Notes: generated by a model from the sequence alone, not told the origin. A stretch of DNA of 64,000 nt from Acidobacteriaceae bacterium (GCA_036267095.1 DATAWS010000024.1:21670-85669); one strand, 5' to 3'; shown: positions 1 through 8,584, counted from the first letter of the stretch. Program-made: numbers and translations.

Positions 1-2
1 TT

Positions 3-209
3 CTCGGGCTGAAGGGGCTGCTGGATTCGAAGTTCGCGACCGCGCGCGCGGTGACGGTTCGGGCAACGGATGCGAGCGGAAAGACGAAGCAGTTCGAGGC
101 GAAGATCCGGATCGACACGCCGCAGGAGATTTTGTACTTCGAGCATGGCGGGATTCTGCAGTATGTGCTGCGGCAGCTAGCGGGGACAACGGCAGGGGAT
201 AGGGTGTAG
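3..209 (+). CDS. acnA: aconitate hydratase, C-terminal fragment (gene starts upstream of the window)
   Basis: Frame 3 is open from the window edge to TAG at 207-209. The translation ...KIRIDTPQEILYFEHGGILQYVLRQL... matches the conserved extreme C-terminus of aconitase A proteins. Confidence 0.8.
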   Translation, partial: LGLKGLLDSKFATARAVTVRATDASGKTKQFEAKIRIDTPQEILYFEHGGILQYVLRQLAGTTAGDRV

Positions 210-214
210 GGATG

Positions 215-269
215 GTCGCGCTTGCGCGCGACTCCCACATCCCAAAACCAGGGATGTGGGGCACCCGGT
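215..269. repeat. double-hairpin REP-like intergenic element, copy 1
   Basis: Hairpin 1 is gtcgcgc-ttgc-gcgcgac (215-232). Hairpin 2 is cccacatccc-aaaacca-gggatgtggg (234-260). The 22-nt core ccagggatgtggggcacccggt (248-269) is identical to 8535-8556. The element is flanked by 19/20-identical direct repeats at 193-212 and 281-300. Confidence 0.75.
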
Positions 270-300
270 CGTGAGAACTTCAGGGGATAGGGTGCAGGGA

Positions 301-340
301 AAGAAGAACGGCCACCTTTGGGTGGCCGTTCTTCTTTTGT
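301..340. terminator. bidirectional rho-independent terminator between acnA (+) and the DUF6580 gene (-)
   Basis: A perfect 16-bp stem aagaagaacggccacc / ggtggccgttcttctt with a tttg loop. It is T-rich on the 3' side and A-rich on the 5' side. Confidence 0.8.
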
Positions 341-351
341 GCGGGCCTTGA

Positions 352-882
352 TTACGCTGCGAGCTTTGCGTGGGTTCTGGATTCGGTGAGGCGGCGGGCT
401 GCGATGGGCAGTCCGAAAGCGAGGCCGGTGAGCAGCGTGGTGGAGAGCAGGTCGTTGCGGTAGAAGGGCAGGGCCACGGCGTAGCAGGCAGTGAGGCCGG
501 CCAGAGTGTGCGGGTACATCAGGCTGCCGATCCAAACCGCGTAGTTGCTGATGAGGAAGAACGAGGTCGAGGCAAGGACCGGCGCCCCGAGAACTCGGGT
601 GACCGAGACCTGGCGGCTGAGCAGGATGCGGCCCAGGACGACGATGGCGGCGTACCAGGCCCAGGTGACGAGATAGGCGCTGGCGTGGAACGGATAGTGG
701 TAGAAGGCCATGGTCAGGTAGCAGTCCGTGCCGATGAGGGCGAGGACGGGCACAACCATCTCGCGGAGGGGGCGGCGGGCACCGAAGTAGAGGAGGCCAG
801 CGCCGACGGCGGTGAAGTTCATCCAGGGGTGGGGGATCACGCGGCTAAGAACCGCCAGCACAACCAACAGATAGGCAGCCAT
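352..882 (-). CDS. DUF6580-like putative transporter membrane protein
   Basis: A 176-aa multi-TM ORF. The N-terminus ..LSRVIPHPWMNFTAVGAGLLYFGA.. resembles the DUF6580 family signature as I recall it. Hydrophobic, non-shadow composition. Confidence 0.65.
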   Translation of the reverse strand: MAAYLLVVLAVLSRVIPHPWMNFTAVGAGLLYFGARRPLREMVVPVLALIGTDCYLTMAFYHYPFHASAYLVTWAWYAAIVVLGRILLSRQVSVTRVLGAPVLASTSFFLISNYAVWIGSLMYPHTLAGLTACYAVALPFYRNDLLSTTLLTGLAFGLPIAARRLTESRTHAKLAA

Positions 883-996
883 CAGAACCTCATTCCGACG
901 AAGTGAGCAGCAAGTTCCATTCTGCGGATGCGGAGGGATGCGGTCAAGGAGAAGTTCCGCAAGATGAAGCGTGCGATTGACGCGATGAACAACAGC

Positions 997-1020
997 GGGG
1001 GGGGGGGTGGGGTGTCAGGG
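997..1020 (+). repeat. G11 homopolymer plus G4/G3 tracts (G-quadruplex-capable)
   Basis: gggggggggggtggggtgtcaggg. Eleven consecutive G at 997-1007, then GGGG at 1009-1012 and GGG at 1018-1020. It abuts the stop codon (1015-1017) of the ydjM-like gene. Confidence 0.9.
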
Positions 1021-2088
1021 TTTCTGCTCGCGGCCGGCCATGAACATGCCTTCGATTTCGAGCCTGGGGGCAGGGCCGATGTAGACCCAGGCGCCGAGGG
1101 GAGGGCCGGCGGGGTGGTCCGCTGAACGGCTGGGGATGGAAAGGGAGGCAAAGCGGAGGTCCTCGAACTCGACGGTGTGCCAGGAGGGGTCGGGGGCGAC
1201 GGTGGTTTCGGGAATGGGGAGGAGGCCGCGATCGTCAACCAGGGGCCAGCTGGACCAGTCGAGGTAGACGTTACCGAGCCAGGACTGTTTTGCGGCGGCG
1301 ACGGCCGGGGTGACAGGAGGTTTGTAAATCACATCGGTCGAGTCGGTGGCGACCTGGTTCGAGAGGGTGTGGACGTCGGCGAGCTGGTAGGTGTCGCGGG
1401 TTTCCATGAGGACGTGCCAGTGGAAGGGGTCGACCATGGAGGGCTCGGCGGCGGAGCGGAGGAGCGGCTCGCGGGTGAAGTCGCCGGCATTGACGAGAGC
1501 GAGGGCGTGGGCGTGCTCGGCGTTGCGGACGCCCCACCAGAGGACGATGAAGGTAAGAGCGGCGACGGCCCAGCCGCGACCGCGGAAGGGCTTTTTCTTC
1601 GCGCCGATTTCGCGGTCGGCGAGGCCGAGAATGGCGGGCAGGACCAGGGCGCCGAGGAGGGCGAGGAAGATCCACGGATCGAAGATGAAGACGATGCTCC
1701 ACGCGTACCAGTGGGGATTGAAGGGAAAGAAGGGGCGGAGTCCGTAGTTATTGGTGAAGTCGAGGAGGAGGTGGCTGAGGTCGGCGATGAGCGCGAAGAG
1801 CCAGAGGAGGAACCAGCGGGGCGCGAGGATGGGATCCTTGCGGCGGAAGCGCCAGATGAGCCAGACCAGGCCGGTGACGAGCAGCGCCATAAACGGTGCG
1901 CCGATAAGAGTGTGGGTGAGGCCGCGATGGTGCTGGAACCCGGCGACGGGACCACGCAGGCCCCAGACGATGTCGATGTCGGGTGCCTCGGCGGCAAGCG
2001 TCATGGCGAGGGCGGCGTAGGCGGTTTTGCGGTTGAAGCCGGAGCGGCTGAGACAGGCCCCGGTGAGGAAATGGGTGACGGGTTCCAT
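1015..2088 (-). CDS. membrane-bound metal-dependent hydrolase, YdjM/DUF457 family
   Basis: 357 aa. The N-terminus MEPVTHFLTGACLSR...PDIDIVWG...HRGLTHTLIG is typical of the YdjM family. Several TM helices are followed by a soluble C-terminal domain. Confidence 0.75.
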   Translation of the reverse strand: MEPVTHFLTGACLSRSGFNRKTAYAALAMTLAAEAPDIDIVWGLRGPVAGFQHHRGLTHTLIGAPFMALLVTGLVWLIWRFRRKDPILAPRWFLLWLFALIADLSHLLLDFTNNYGLRPFFPFNPHWYAWSIVFIFDPWIFLALLGALVLPAILGLADREIGAKKKPFRGRGWAVAALTFIVLWWGVRNAEHAHALALVNAGDFTREPLLRSAAEPSMVDPFHWHVLMETRDTYQLADVHTLSNQVATDSTDVIYKPPVTPAVAAAKQSWLGNVYLDWSSWPLVDDRGLLPIPETTVAPDPSWHTVEFEDLRFASLSIPSRSADHPAGPPLGAWVYIGPAPRLEIEGMFMAGREQKP

Positions 2089-2261
2089 GGTCGATCGTTG
2101 GGCGGTCTTTCAGTTGGGCAGAAAAGCAGGATCTATGGATCGATCCGCCGGCATGGGGTTCACGGGCGCGAGCCGCAGATCCCCGCCGGCTGAAATTATT
2201 GTTGCGCGAAAAGCGCGCGCAGCGGGTTTGGAGAGTTCCCGCAGCGACTGTCTCGAGGGAT

Positions 2262-2320
2262 GCTGCGCGGAATCCCACAACTGCCAAAACCGGGCAGATA
2301 TGGGATTCCCGGGATTCGCT
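2262..2320. repeat. degenerate relative of the double-hairpin element
   Basis: ggaatcccacaactgcc-aaaacc-gggcagatatgggattcc forms a long imperfect hairpin. It shares the cccaca...ccaaaacc...g layout with 234-260. A gcgcg-aaaa-gcgcgc hairpin lies about 60 nt upstream. Confidence 0.45.
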
Positions 2321-2432
2321 GCCGGGAGAGAAGACCCAGGGTGTTGTCGTACCGCCAGGAAGCAGCCAGCGCCGCAGGGGGATACGGCGCTGGCGGGAAA
2401 GGAAAGGATAGCGGCCGACGAGCGTGGCATCC

Positions 2433-2861
2433 TCAAACGAGTTTGGCGTCCAGGGTGATTTGGGTATTGCCTTTGAAGAGGCGCGAAATGGGGCAGCCGT
2501 TTTTGGCGTTGTTGGCGGCGGTTTCGAAGGCGGAAGCGCTGGCGCCGGGCACTTTGGCGCGGGTGGTGAGGTGAATGGCGGTGATGGTGAATCCCTCGTC
2601 GGTCTTCTCGAATTTCACTTCCGCGGTGGTCTCGAGGGATTCCGGCGTGAGGTTGGCGTTGCCGAGCTGGGCGCTGAGGGCCATGGTGAAGCAGCCGGCA
2701 TGGGCAGCGGCGATGAGTTCTTCCGGGTTGGTGCCGACGCCGTTCTCGAATCGAGTTCCAAAGGAATATTGGGTTTCTTTGAGGACGCCGCTTTGGGTGG
2801 AGACAGAGCCTTTGCCATCCTTCAGGCCTCCGTGCCAAACGGCGCTTGCGGTACGCTGCAT
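2433..2861 (-). CDS. osmC: OsmC family peroxiredoxin
   Basis: 142 aa from the internal ATG (cat at 2859-2861). MQRTASAVWHGGLKDGKGSVST...NPEELIAAAHAGCFTMAL...NGCPISR has the two conserved Cys motifs of OsmC. The longer track ORF (to 3173) has a shadow-like N-terminus. Confidence 0.85.
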   Translation of the reverse strand: MQRTASAVWHGGLKDGKGSVSTQSGVLKETQYSFGTRFENGVGTNPEELIAAAHAGCFTMALSAQLGNANLTPESLETTAEVKFEKTDEGFTITAIHLTTRAKVPGASASAFETAANNAKNGCPISRLFKGNTQITLDAKLV

Positions 2862-3175
2862 ACGAAAACTCCTCCTCGAAATAATGGATTGAGACTGGAC
2901 CGGGAATTTCGGCTTGAAACCCGTTTGGAAGCTGCCTGAACGATGACTGCGGGCAAGCGACGGGCGGAGCCTCTGCCAGGTCCATGATATGCGATTTGCG
3001 CGGGGTGGCGCGGGTGCGCAGGGGACGGCGCGAATTTGTAGAGATTGGGCCACGTTATGATGAAGGCGCTCGCAGGAAGATCGAGAAGCAGGAGCAGGAA
3101 AACCTTCCGTCGGCGGGTCAAGCCGTGTTCCTGCAAGGCAACCGGTTTTTTGGCGAGGCGGCAAAGCGCACATTC

Positions 3176-4144
3176 ATGGAATCGTTTGCGATTGGTGTGG
3201 ATCTGGGGGGAACGAACCTCCGCATAGCGGCAGTGACGCCGGAGGGCGAGCGGCTGGAGACGATCAGTCTGCGGACGCGGCTGGAAGCGGGACCGGCGGC
3301 GGTTCTGGACGATATGGCCGCTGCGATCGCGGAGATTGCCGGGAAACAGAGCGGCGAGCCGGTAGGGATTGGTGTGGGCAGTCCGGGGCCGCTGGAGCTG
3401 CCGGCGGGGGTGCTGCACCATCCGCCAAATTTGCCGGGGTTCGACGGATTGCATCTGCGCGACGAGCTGGAGCGGCGCGTGGGGTGGGCCGTCCATGTGG
3501 ACTCGGACGGGAATCTGGCGGCGTATGGCGAGGCGCTGCTGGGCGCGGGCCGGGCGTTCGGATTGGAATCGCTGATGATGTACACGCTGGGGACCGGGGT
3601 GGGGTCGGGCATTGTGCTGGAGGGGCGGATCTGGCGAGGGATGCAGGGCGCGGCGGGCGAGTCAGGGCATGGTCCGCTGGCGCCGGATGGGCCGGTGTGC
3701 GGGTGCGGCGCGCGCGGATGCCTGGAGATGTACGCGTCGGCGACGGCGATCGTGCGGCGGGCGAAAGATCTGGGGTTGGGAGAGAGCGGGGCGCCGCTGA
3801 CGTCGTCCGGGGTGGCGAAGCTGGCGGAGCAGGGTGATGCGCGGGGGTTGCAGGTTTTCGACGAAGCAGGGCGGGCGCTGGGATTGTCGCTGGCGCACGC
3901 GATCAACGCGCTGGATTTGCCGTTGTACGTGATTGGCGGGGGAGCGGCGGCAGCGTGGACGCTGTTTGCGCCGCGGATGTTCGCGACGGTGCGGGAAGGC
4001 AGCTATGTCTACCGGATGTCGATGCCGCGGGCCCCGGAGGTCTTTGAGAAGGGAAAGACGCACATTGCGCCGGCGCGGCTGGGGAGCGAGGCGGGGATTC
4101 TGGGGGCGGCGCTGCTGCCGATGCGGGAGGCGGGCCTTGGATAG
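3176..4144 (+). CDS. ROK family sugar kinase (glucokinase-like)
   Basis: Starts at ATG 3176 (MESFAIGVDLGGTNLRIA). Carries the ROK zinc motif GESGHGPLAPDGPVCGCGARGCLE. The upstream part of the track ORF is Arg-rich shadow. Confidence 0.8.
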   Translation: MESFAIGVDLGGTNLRIAAVTPEGERLETISLRTRLEAGPAAVLDDMAAAIAEIAGKQSGEPVGIGVGSPGPLELPAGVLHHPPNLPGFDGLHLRDELERRVGWAVHVDSDGNLAAYGEALLGAGRAFGLESLMMYTLGTGVGSGIVLEGRIWRGMQGAAGESGHGPLAPDGPVCGCGARGCLEMYASATAIVRRAKDLGLGESGAPLTSSGVAKLAEQGDARGLQVFDEAGRALGLSLAHAINALDLPLYVIGGGAAAAWTLFAPRMFATVREGSYVYRMSMPRAPEVFEKGKTHIAPARLGSEAGILGAALLPMREAGLG

Positions 4145-4262
4145 CAGCGAAGCGGATTTTCCTGCGGTGGAATCGCCGGAATTTCATAGCGTATGGGATT
4201 TCGCTGTGCTATAAGGCTGGACACTGCACAGGAAGCCGAATCTCCTTCCGAGGAAAACACCG

Positions 4263-4784
4263 ATGAAGCCACGCATCGCAATCAAAACCATGCTCCCGCT
4301 GTTGTTCTGCGCCGCTGTCGCCGGTGCACAAATCGACACGATGTCCCCGCCGCCGGTGAAGATGGGGCTGTGGCAGACCACAGCGACGATGCAAATGTCG
4401 GGCATGCCCAACATGCCGTCGGGCATGCCGGGGGGAAAGCCGTCGGTGACCCAATCGTGCATGACGGCAGACAGCTGGCAAAAGGGTCTGACGGATATGC
4501 AGCAAAGCGTGCAAAGGCAAAAGGCGCAGTGCACGAACGTGAAGCTGCAGCACGACGGCAGCAAGTTCACCTTTGACGAGACGTGTTCGACGAGCGGGTA
4601 CAGTACCACGGTGCATGTGGAATGGAACGTGGACGATCAGGAGAACATGCACGGGAATTCGAACATGCAGATGAGCGGCGCCAATATGCCGCAGGGCATG
4701 ACCATGCAGGGAACGATGAGCTCGAAGTTTCTGAGCAGCGACTGCGGCGGCGTGAAGCCGGGCGATACGAAGACGGTTCACTAG
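4263..4784 (+). CDS. secreted DUF3617-like protein
   Basis: 173 aa. Signal peptide MKPRIAIKTMLPLLFCAAVAGAQ, the GLWQ motif and conserved Cys spacing resemble DUF3617. Met/Gly-rich low-complexity stretches. Confidence 0.5.
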   Translation: MKPRIAIKTMLPLLFCAAVAGAQIDTMSPPPVKMGLWQTTATMQMSGMPNMPSGMPGGKPSVTQSCMTADSWQKGLTDMQQSVQRQKAQCTNVKLQHDGSKFTFDETCSTSGYSTTVHVEWNVDDQENMHGNSNMQMSGANMPQGMTMQGTMSSKFLSSDCGGVKPGDTKTVH

Positions 4785-4868
4785 GCTGTATCGACAGAGA
4801 GGAACGGTCGGCGTTGGGGCGAAAAGAAGCCTCAATCGAGGGTCGACCGAAGCCCTGCCAGGGGCGGT

Positions 4869-6158
4869 TCAGCGGCCGGCGTTCGGCCGCAGAGCGCGAC
4901 GGCCGATGTCGCGGCGGAAAATCATGCCTTCGAAATGGATGCGGCCGATGGCTTCGTAGGCTGAACCGAGCGCTTCCTGGAGCGAAGCGCCGGTGGCGGT
5001 GACGCCGAGGACGCGTCCGCCGGCGGTGAGGAGCGCGCCGTTTTCGAGAGCGGTGCCGGCGTGGAAGATCTCGACGCCGGCGACCTGGGCGGCGGCTTCG
5101 AGGCCGACGATGGGGCAGCCGGTTTCGTACGCGCCGGGATAGCCCTGGGAAGCGGCGACGACGCAGACGGAAGCGCCGGGCTTCCAGCGGAACTCGGTGT
5201 CGCTGAGGCGGCCTTCGACGCAGGCCTGGAGGCCTTCGACGAGATCGCTTTCCATACGCGGCAGGATGGCCTGGGTTTCGGGATCGCCGAAGCGGGCGTT
5301 GTATTCGAGGACCATGGGACCGGTGGCGGTCATCATGAGGCCGCAATAGAGGACGCCGGTGAAGGGCATATCCTCGGCGGCCATGCCATCGATGGTTTTC
5401 TGGGCGATGTGGTGGAGGATCCACTCGCTCATTTTGGGGTCGAGCATGGTGTCGGTGGTATAGACGCCCATGCCGCCGGTGTTGGGGCCGGTGTCGCCTT
5501 CGCCGATGCGCTTGTGGTCCTGCGCGGGGACGAGCGGCGCGGCGTGTTTGCCGTCGCTGAGGACGAGGAAGGAAAGCTCGTCGCCGGTGAGGTGCTCTTC
5601 GAGGACGACGGTGCGCTCGGCGCTGCCGAGGAGCCGGCCGCTGAACAGGTCGGCAATGGCCTGCTCGGCCTCGGCTTTGCTTTCGCAGATGAGAACGCCT
5701 TTGCCGGCGGCGAGCCCGTCGGCCTTGATGACGACGGGGAGCTTAAACATTTCGAGCGAGGTCTGGGCCTGCTGGCGCGAGTCGCAGACCGTGTAATTGG
5801 CGGTGGGGATGCCGTGCCGCTGCATGAAGCGCTTGGCGTGGGCCTTGCTGGTTTCGAGCTGCGCAGCTTCCTGGGTTGGTCCGAAGACGGGAAGGGCGCG
5901 TTGCTGGAGCTGGTCGGCGAGGCCGAGCGAGAGGGGCAGCTCGGGCCCGATGACGGTGAGGTCGGGGCGCTCGGCTTCGACGACGCGGAGGAGGTCGTCG
6001 AGGCTTTTCTGATTGACGGGCGTGCAGCGGGCGATGGAGGCGATACCGCCGTTGCCGGGGGCGCAGACGATGTCGGAAACGCGAGAGGAGCGAGCGATGG
6101 AAGCGCAGAGGGCGTGCTCGCGACCGCCGCCGCCGATGAGCAGAACTTTGATTCCCAT
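4869..6158 (-). CDS. purD: phosphoribosylamine--glycine ligase
   Basis: 429 aa. MGIKVLLIGGGGREHAL... plus ATP-grasp blocks (VVIKADGLAAGKGV, GPNTGGMGVY), full length. Confidence 0.95.
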   Translation of the reverse strand: MGIKVLLIGGGGREHALCASIARSSRVSDIVCAPGNGGIASIARCTPVNQKSLDDLLRVVEAERPDLTVIGPELPLSLGLADQLQQRALPVFGPTQEAAQLETSKAHAKRFMQRHGIPTANYTVCDSRQQAQTSLEMFKLPVVIKADGLAAGKGVLICESKAEAEQAIADLFSGRLLGSAERTVVLEEHLTGDELSFLVLSDGKHAAPLVPAQDHKRIGEGDTGPNTGGMGVYTTDTMLDPKMSEWILHHIAQKTIDGMAAEDMPFTGVLYCGLMMTATGPMVLEYNARFGDPETQAILPRMESDLVEGLQACVEGRLSDTEFRWKPGASVCVVAASQGYPGAYETGCPIVGLEAAAQVAGVEIFHAGTALENGALLTAGGRVLGVTATGASLQEALGSAYEAIGRIHFEGMIFRRDIGRRALRPNAGR

Positions 6159-6284
6159 GCCAGTCCGAAGCCTAAATGAGGATCAGGCTGGACGCCAGGG
6201 GCTCTCCGCTTTTTCGGAGGTGGTTGCGAGAGGACCTGCGGCCTGGGCTGATTGCGGGCTTCCCGATGGGACGAGAGCGCACGC

Positions 6285-6545
6285 CGGGGCGGAAGCCCGG
6301 ATTTTTTAGGGCTCTTGCGGCAGGAGTGAACTCATGCCCTGATACAACAGCGAATCCTGGTGATGTTTCTGGTGGCTTGCAGTCGTTCCCTGATGGCTGG
6401 TTGGGAGAGCCTGACGCAGGCCTGGAGGACGATGACTCGCAGGGATTTTTCGTCCGCTGGTGCGGTCTCAGAATGACGGTTTTGGTTTCGGAAGGTTGCC
6501 GGGGTCCTTCGCCCGTCCCCTTGCGGGGACGGACTCGGGAGTGAC
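6285..6545. repeat. array of degenerate intergenic repeat units (same family as 18815-18975)
   Basis: Shares gaagcccg (6292-6299 vs 18825-18832) and gagtgaactc..gcc.tga.aca (6324-6345 vs 18950-18971). Further units such as gcagtcgttccctgatgg and gtgcggtctcagaatgac follow. Ends with the hairpin cgtcccc-ttgc-ggggacg. Confidence 0.55.
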
Positions 6546-6551
6546 TGGTTG

Positions 6552-6902
6552 TTAGCCGGCGGCCGCGGTGGTTGTTTTGCCTTCGAGGATGGCGAGGGCT
6601 TCTTCGACGACCGGAGCGAGCTTCTGGAAGTCGCTGATGAGGGTGACGAAGCCGGAGTAGACCTTCGAGTCGGCGGCGAAGTTGAGGCCGTTGGCGGTGA
6701 TGGCGCCTTCAGAGGCGGCGATCAGGTTCTCGACGTCGGCGACCACGGTGGAGAGGCCGGCGATGAAGGGCTGCTCGAGGGGCTTCTCGGAGCGGAGGAT
6801 GGATTCGACGCGGACGGCGAGGCCGATGACGCTTTTAACCGCGGAGGCGAACCATTTGCCGAAGTCGGCGATTTTGACGCCCAGTTTCTGGAAGATGTTC
6901 AT
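6552..6902 (-). CDS. hypothetical protein (predicted helical, no family recognised)
   Basis: 116 aa from the second ATG (MNIFQKLGVK...), which is preceded by AAGGA. The composition is not shadow-like (Lys/Ile/Phe present). Flanked by 330- and 390-nt spacers. Confidence 0.55.
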   Translation of the reverse strand: MNIFQKLGVKIADFGKWFASAVKSVIGLAVRVESILRSEKPLEQPFIAGLSTVVADVENLIAASEGAITANGLNFAADSKVYSGFVTLISDFQKLAPVVEEALAILEGKTTTAAAG

Positions 6903-7237
6903 GAGGTTCCTTTGCATGCAGGAATGAGGGGCAAAAGGAAAGGCCTGCCGGTCCGCTCCTGCCCGCTGAAACTCCGCGGGAGGAGGGCCGTACAGGCCTG
7001 TTTCTCCTGAATTTCCCCTCTATTTTCAGGATATCGAACTGGAGGCTAAAGACTGCCAACTTTGTTGAGGCTGGAGGCCTTTGGAATGAATGAGAAAACT
7101 TTGGTGACGTCTTGACAGGAATCCACAGGGACCGTCGAAGCCGGTGAAGGCGGCCGAAAAAATGAGAGAGATCAGGGAGGAATGCGAACTACGGAGGCCC
7201 AGCCAGATGGGCGAGAGGCGAGAAGCCCTGTCGGCTC

Positions 7238-7906
7238 TCAGATTTTGCGGAATGCTGCAGTACCCCAGATATCGGGAATCTCGAACAGCAATTCCGGCTT
7301 ATCGGAAAGGAAATCCGACGCCGCGCGCGAAATTGCGTGGTCCGACTCGGGAGAATTGAAGTCGTGGAGGAAGAAGTAGCCTCCGCGGACGACGCGCGGA
7401 TAGAAAAACTCCAGAGCGGCAAGGGTAGGTTTGTAGAGGCCAAAATCCAACATCACCAGGGCGAATTGCTCGTCTTCGAGGCCGGCTGCTGTTTCTGGAA
7501 ATCTTCCGGGTCTGAAGACGACTTGTTGCGAAGCACCGAGATATTTGGCGACCGCTTCCCTGGATGTGTCCTGAAACCGCTTGTCTTCGCGGACTTCCAG
7601 GTCGTCAGCCGGGAATCCTGCAAAGCTGTCGAAGAGATAGAGCCGGCGGTCGGGAGCCTGCATATGTATCAATCGGCTCGTTTCTCCGCGATAAACGCCC
7701 AGTTCCGCGAAGGCGCCCGCAATGCCCCCTTTTGTAATGCGGTCGATGGCCAGTGCGAGGGCGGCGTAGCGAACATCATCCGCTGTCATTTCGATTCGTT
7801 CCTGCGCGGCCTGAGAGTAAGTAGGAAAGCGCATGGGGGTGCGCACGAAATGAGCAACTTTGCGCAAACCCGATCGCACGCGCTGCTTTGACGAAGAAAG
7901 ACTCAA
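7238..7906 (-). CDS. class I SAM-dependent methyltransferase, TylF/MycF-like O-methyltransferase family
   Basis: 222 aa. GAFAELGVYRGETSRLI (SAM-binding G-x-G-like), ...LYLFDSFAGFP..., VMLDFGLYKPTLAALEFFYPRVVRGGYFFLHDF are typical TylF-family blocks. Confidence 0.7.
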   Translation of the reverse strand: MSLSSSKQRVRSGLRKVAHFVRTPMRFPTYSQAAQERIEMTADDVRYAALALAIDRITKGGIAGAFAELGVYRGETSRLIHMQAPDRRLYLFDSFAGFPADDLEVREDKRFQDTSREAVAKYLGASQQVVFRPGRFPETAAGLEDEQFALVMLDFGLYKPTLAALEFFYPRVVRGGYFFLHDFNSPESDHAISRAASDFLSDKPELLFEIPDIWGTAAFRKI

Positions 7907-8080
7907 TGCCTCGCCTCCTGCTCAGGAGAGAAGTCCAGCACCGGAAATTTGCGGGATTGCGTGGGGGGTGCCGGAGCGCGGCGGGTTTCGCGGATCTTTG
8001 TTGGTGGCAGTGGCCAAAAGCAAAAAAATCGGCCAACCGGCCAGGGCGGGGAACCGGTGCACCGATCTCTGCGTAGTGTT

Positions 8081-8129
8081 CCTGTGGCCGCACCACAGGG
8101 AAGGATATACTTCTGTGGTCATAGCACAG
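8081..8129 (+). promoter_or_regulatory. two inverted repeats upstream of padR (candidate operators)
   Basis: IR1 is cctgtgg-ccgca-ccacagg (8081-8099). IR2 is ctgtg-gtcatag-cacag (8113-8129), ending 5 nt before the AGGAGAGG RBS of padR. Confidence 0.4.
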
Positions 8130-8141
8130 GAGAGGAATGGC

Positions 8142-8474
8142 ATGGGCGACGAAAAGCTCGATCTGCTGCAGGGGACGCTGGACCTGATGGTTCTGCAGAC
8201 GCTCGCGGCGATGGGAGAGCAACACGGGTACGGAATTGCGCGGCGCATCGAGCAGGTGAGCGGGAACGAGGTGCTGCTGAATCAGGGAACGATTTACGCG
8301 TCGCTGGTGCGGCTGCAGCAGCGGGGATGGATCGACGCGGAGTGGGGGACTTCGGATAACAACCGGAAGGCGAAGTTCTACTCACTGACGAAGCGGGGGC
8401 GGAAGCAGCTGGCGGAGGATGCGGCGTACTGGCAGCGGCTGGCGGCGGTGATGGGGCGGGTGCTGGGGCAGTAA
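8142..8474 (+). CDS. PadR family transcriptional regulator (acidobacterial type)
   Basis: 110 aa from ATG 8142, preceded by the AGGAGAGG RBS. LLQGTLDLMVLQTLAAMGEQHGYGIARRIEQVSGNEVLLNQGTIYASLVRLQQRGWI is the winged-helix PadR signature. Sits directly upstream of an ADOP permease. Confidence 0.9.
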   Translation: MGDEKLDLLQGTLDLMVLQTLAAMGEQHGYGIARRIEQVSGNEVLLNQGTIYASLVRLQQRGWIDAEWGTSDNNRKAKFYSLTKRGRKQLAEDAAYWQRLAAVMGRVLGQ

Positions 8475-8477
8475 GAA

Positions 8478-8504
8478 GGGAACAGGGGTCAGGGAACAGG
8501 GGTC
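8478..8504 (+). repeat. G-rich heptamer tandem repeat
   Basis: gggaaca ggggtca gggaaca ggggtc, directly after the padR stop codon. Confidence 0.8.
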
Positions 8505-8556
8505 GCGCTGACGCGCGATACCGACATCCCGGCACCAGGGATGTGGGGCACCCGGT
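8502..8556. repeat. double-hairpin REP-like intergenic element, copy 2
   Basis: gtcgcgc-tgac-gcgcga, then ccgacatccc-ggcacca-gggatgtggg. The 22-nt core at 8535-8556 is identical to 248-269. Lies in the padR-ADOP spacer. Confidence 0.75.
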
Positions 8557-8584
8557 GCGGACTTTAGTGATGGGAGAGAGAGCG

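Noticed and set aside
883-1014. A possible cobalamin riboswitch upstream of the DUF6580 putative transporter.
   Set aside because: The spacer is only 133 nt and no B12-box-like sequence is visible on the coding strand.
7144-7379. Small plus-strand ORFs (7144-7359, 7182-7379) in the AT-richer spacer near the methyltransferase 3' end.
   Set aside because: They overlap the methyltransferase coding region in antisense. They are Arg/Glu-rich with no start context.
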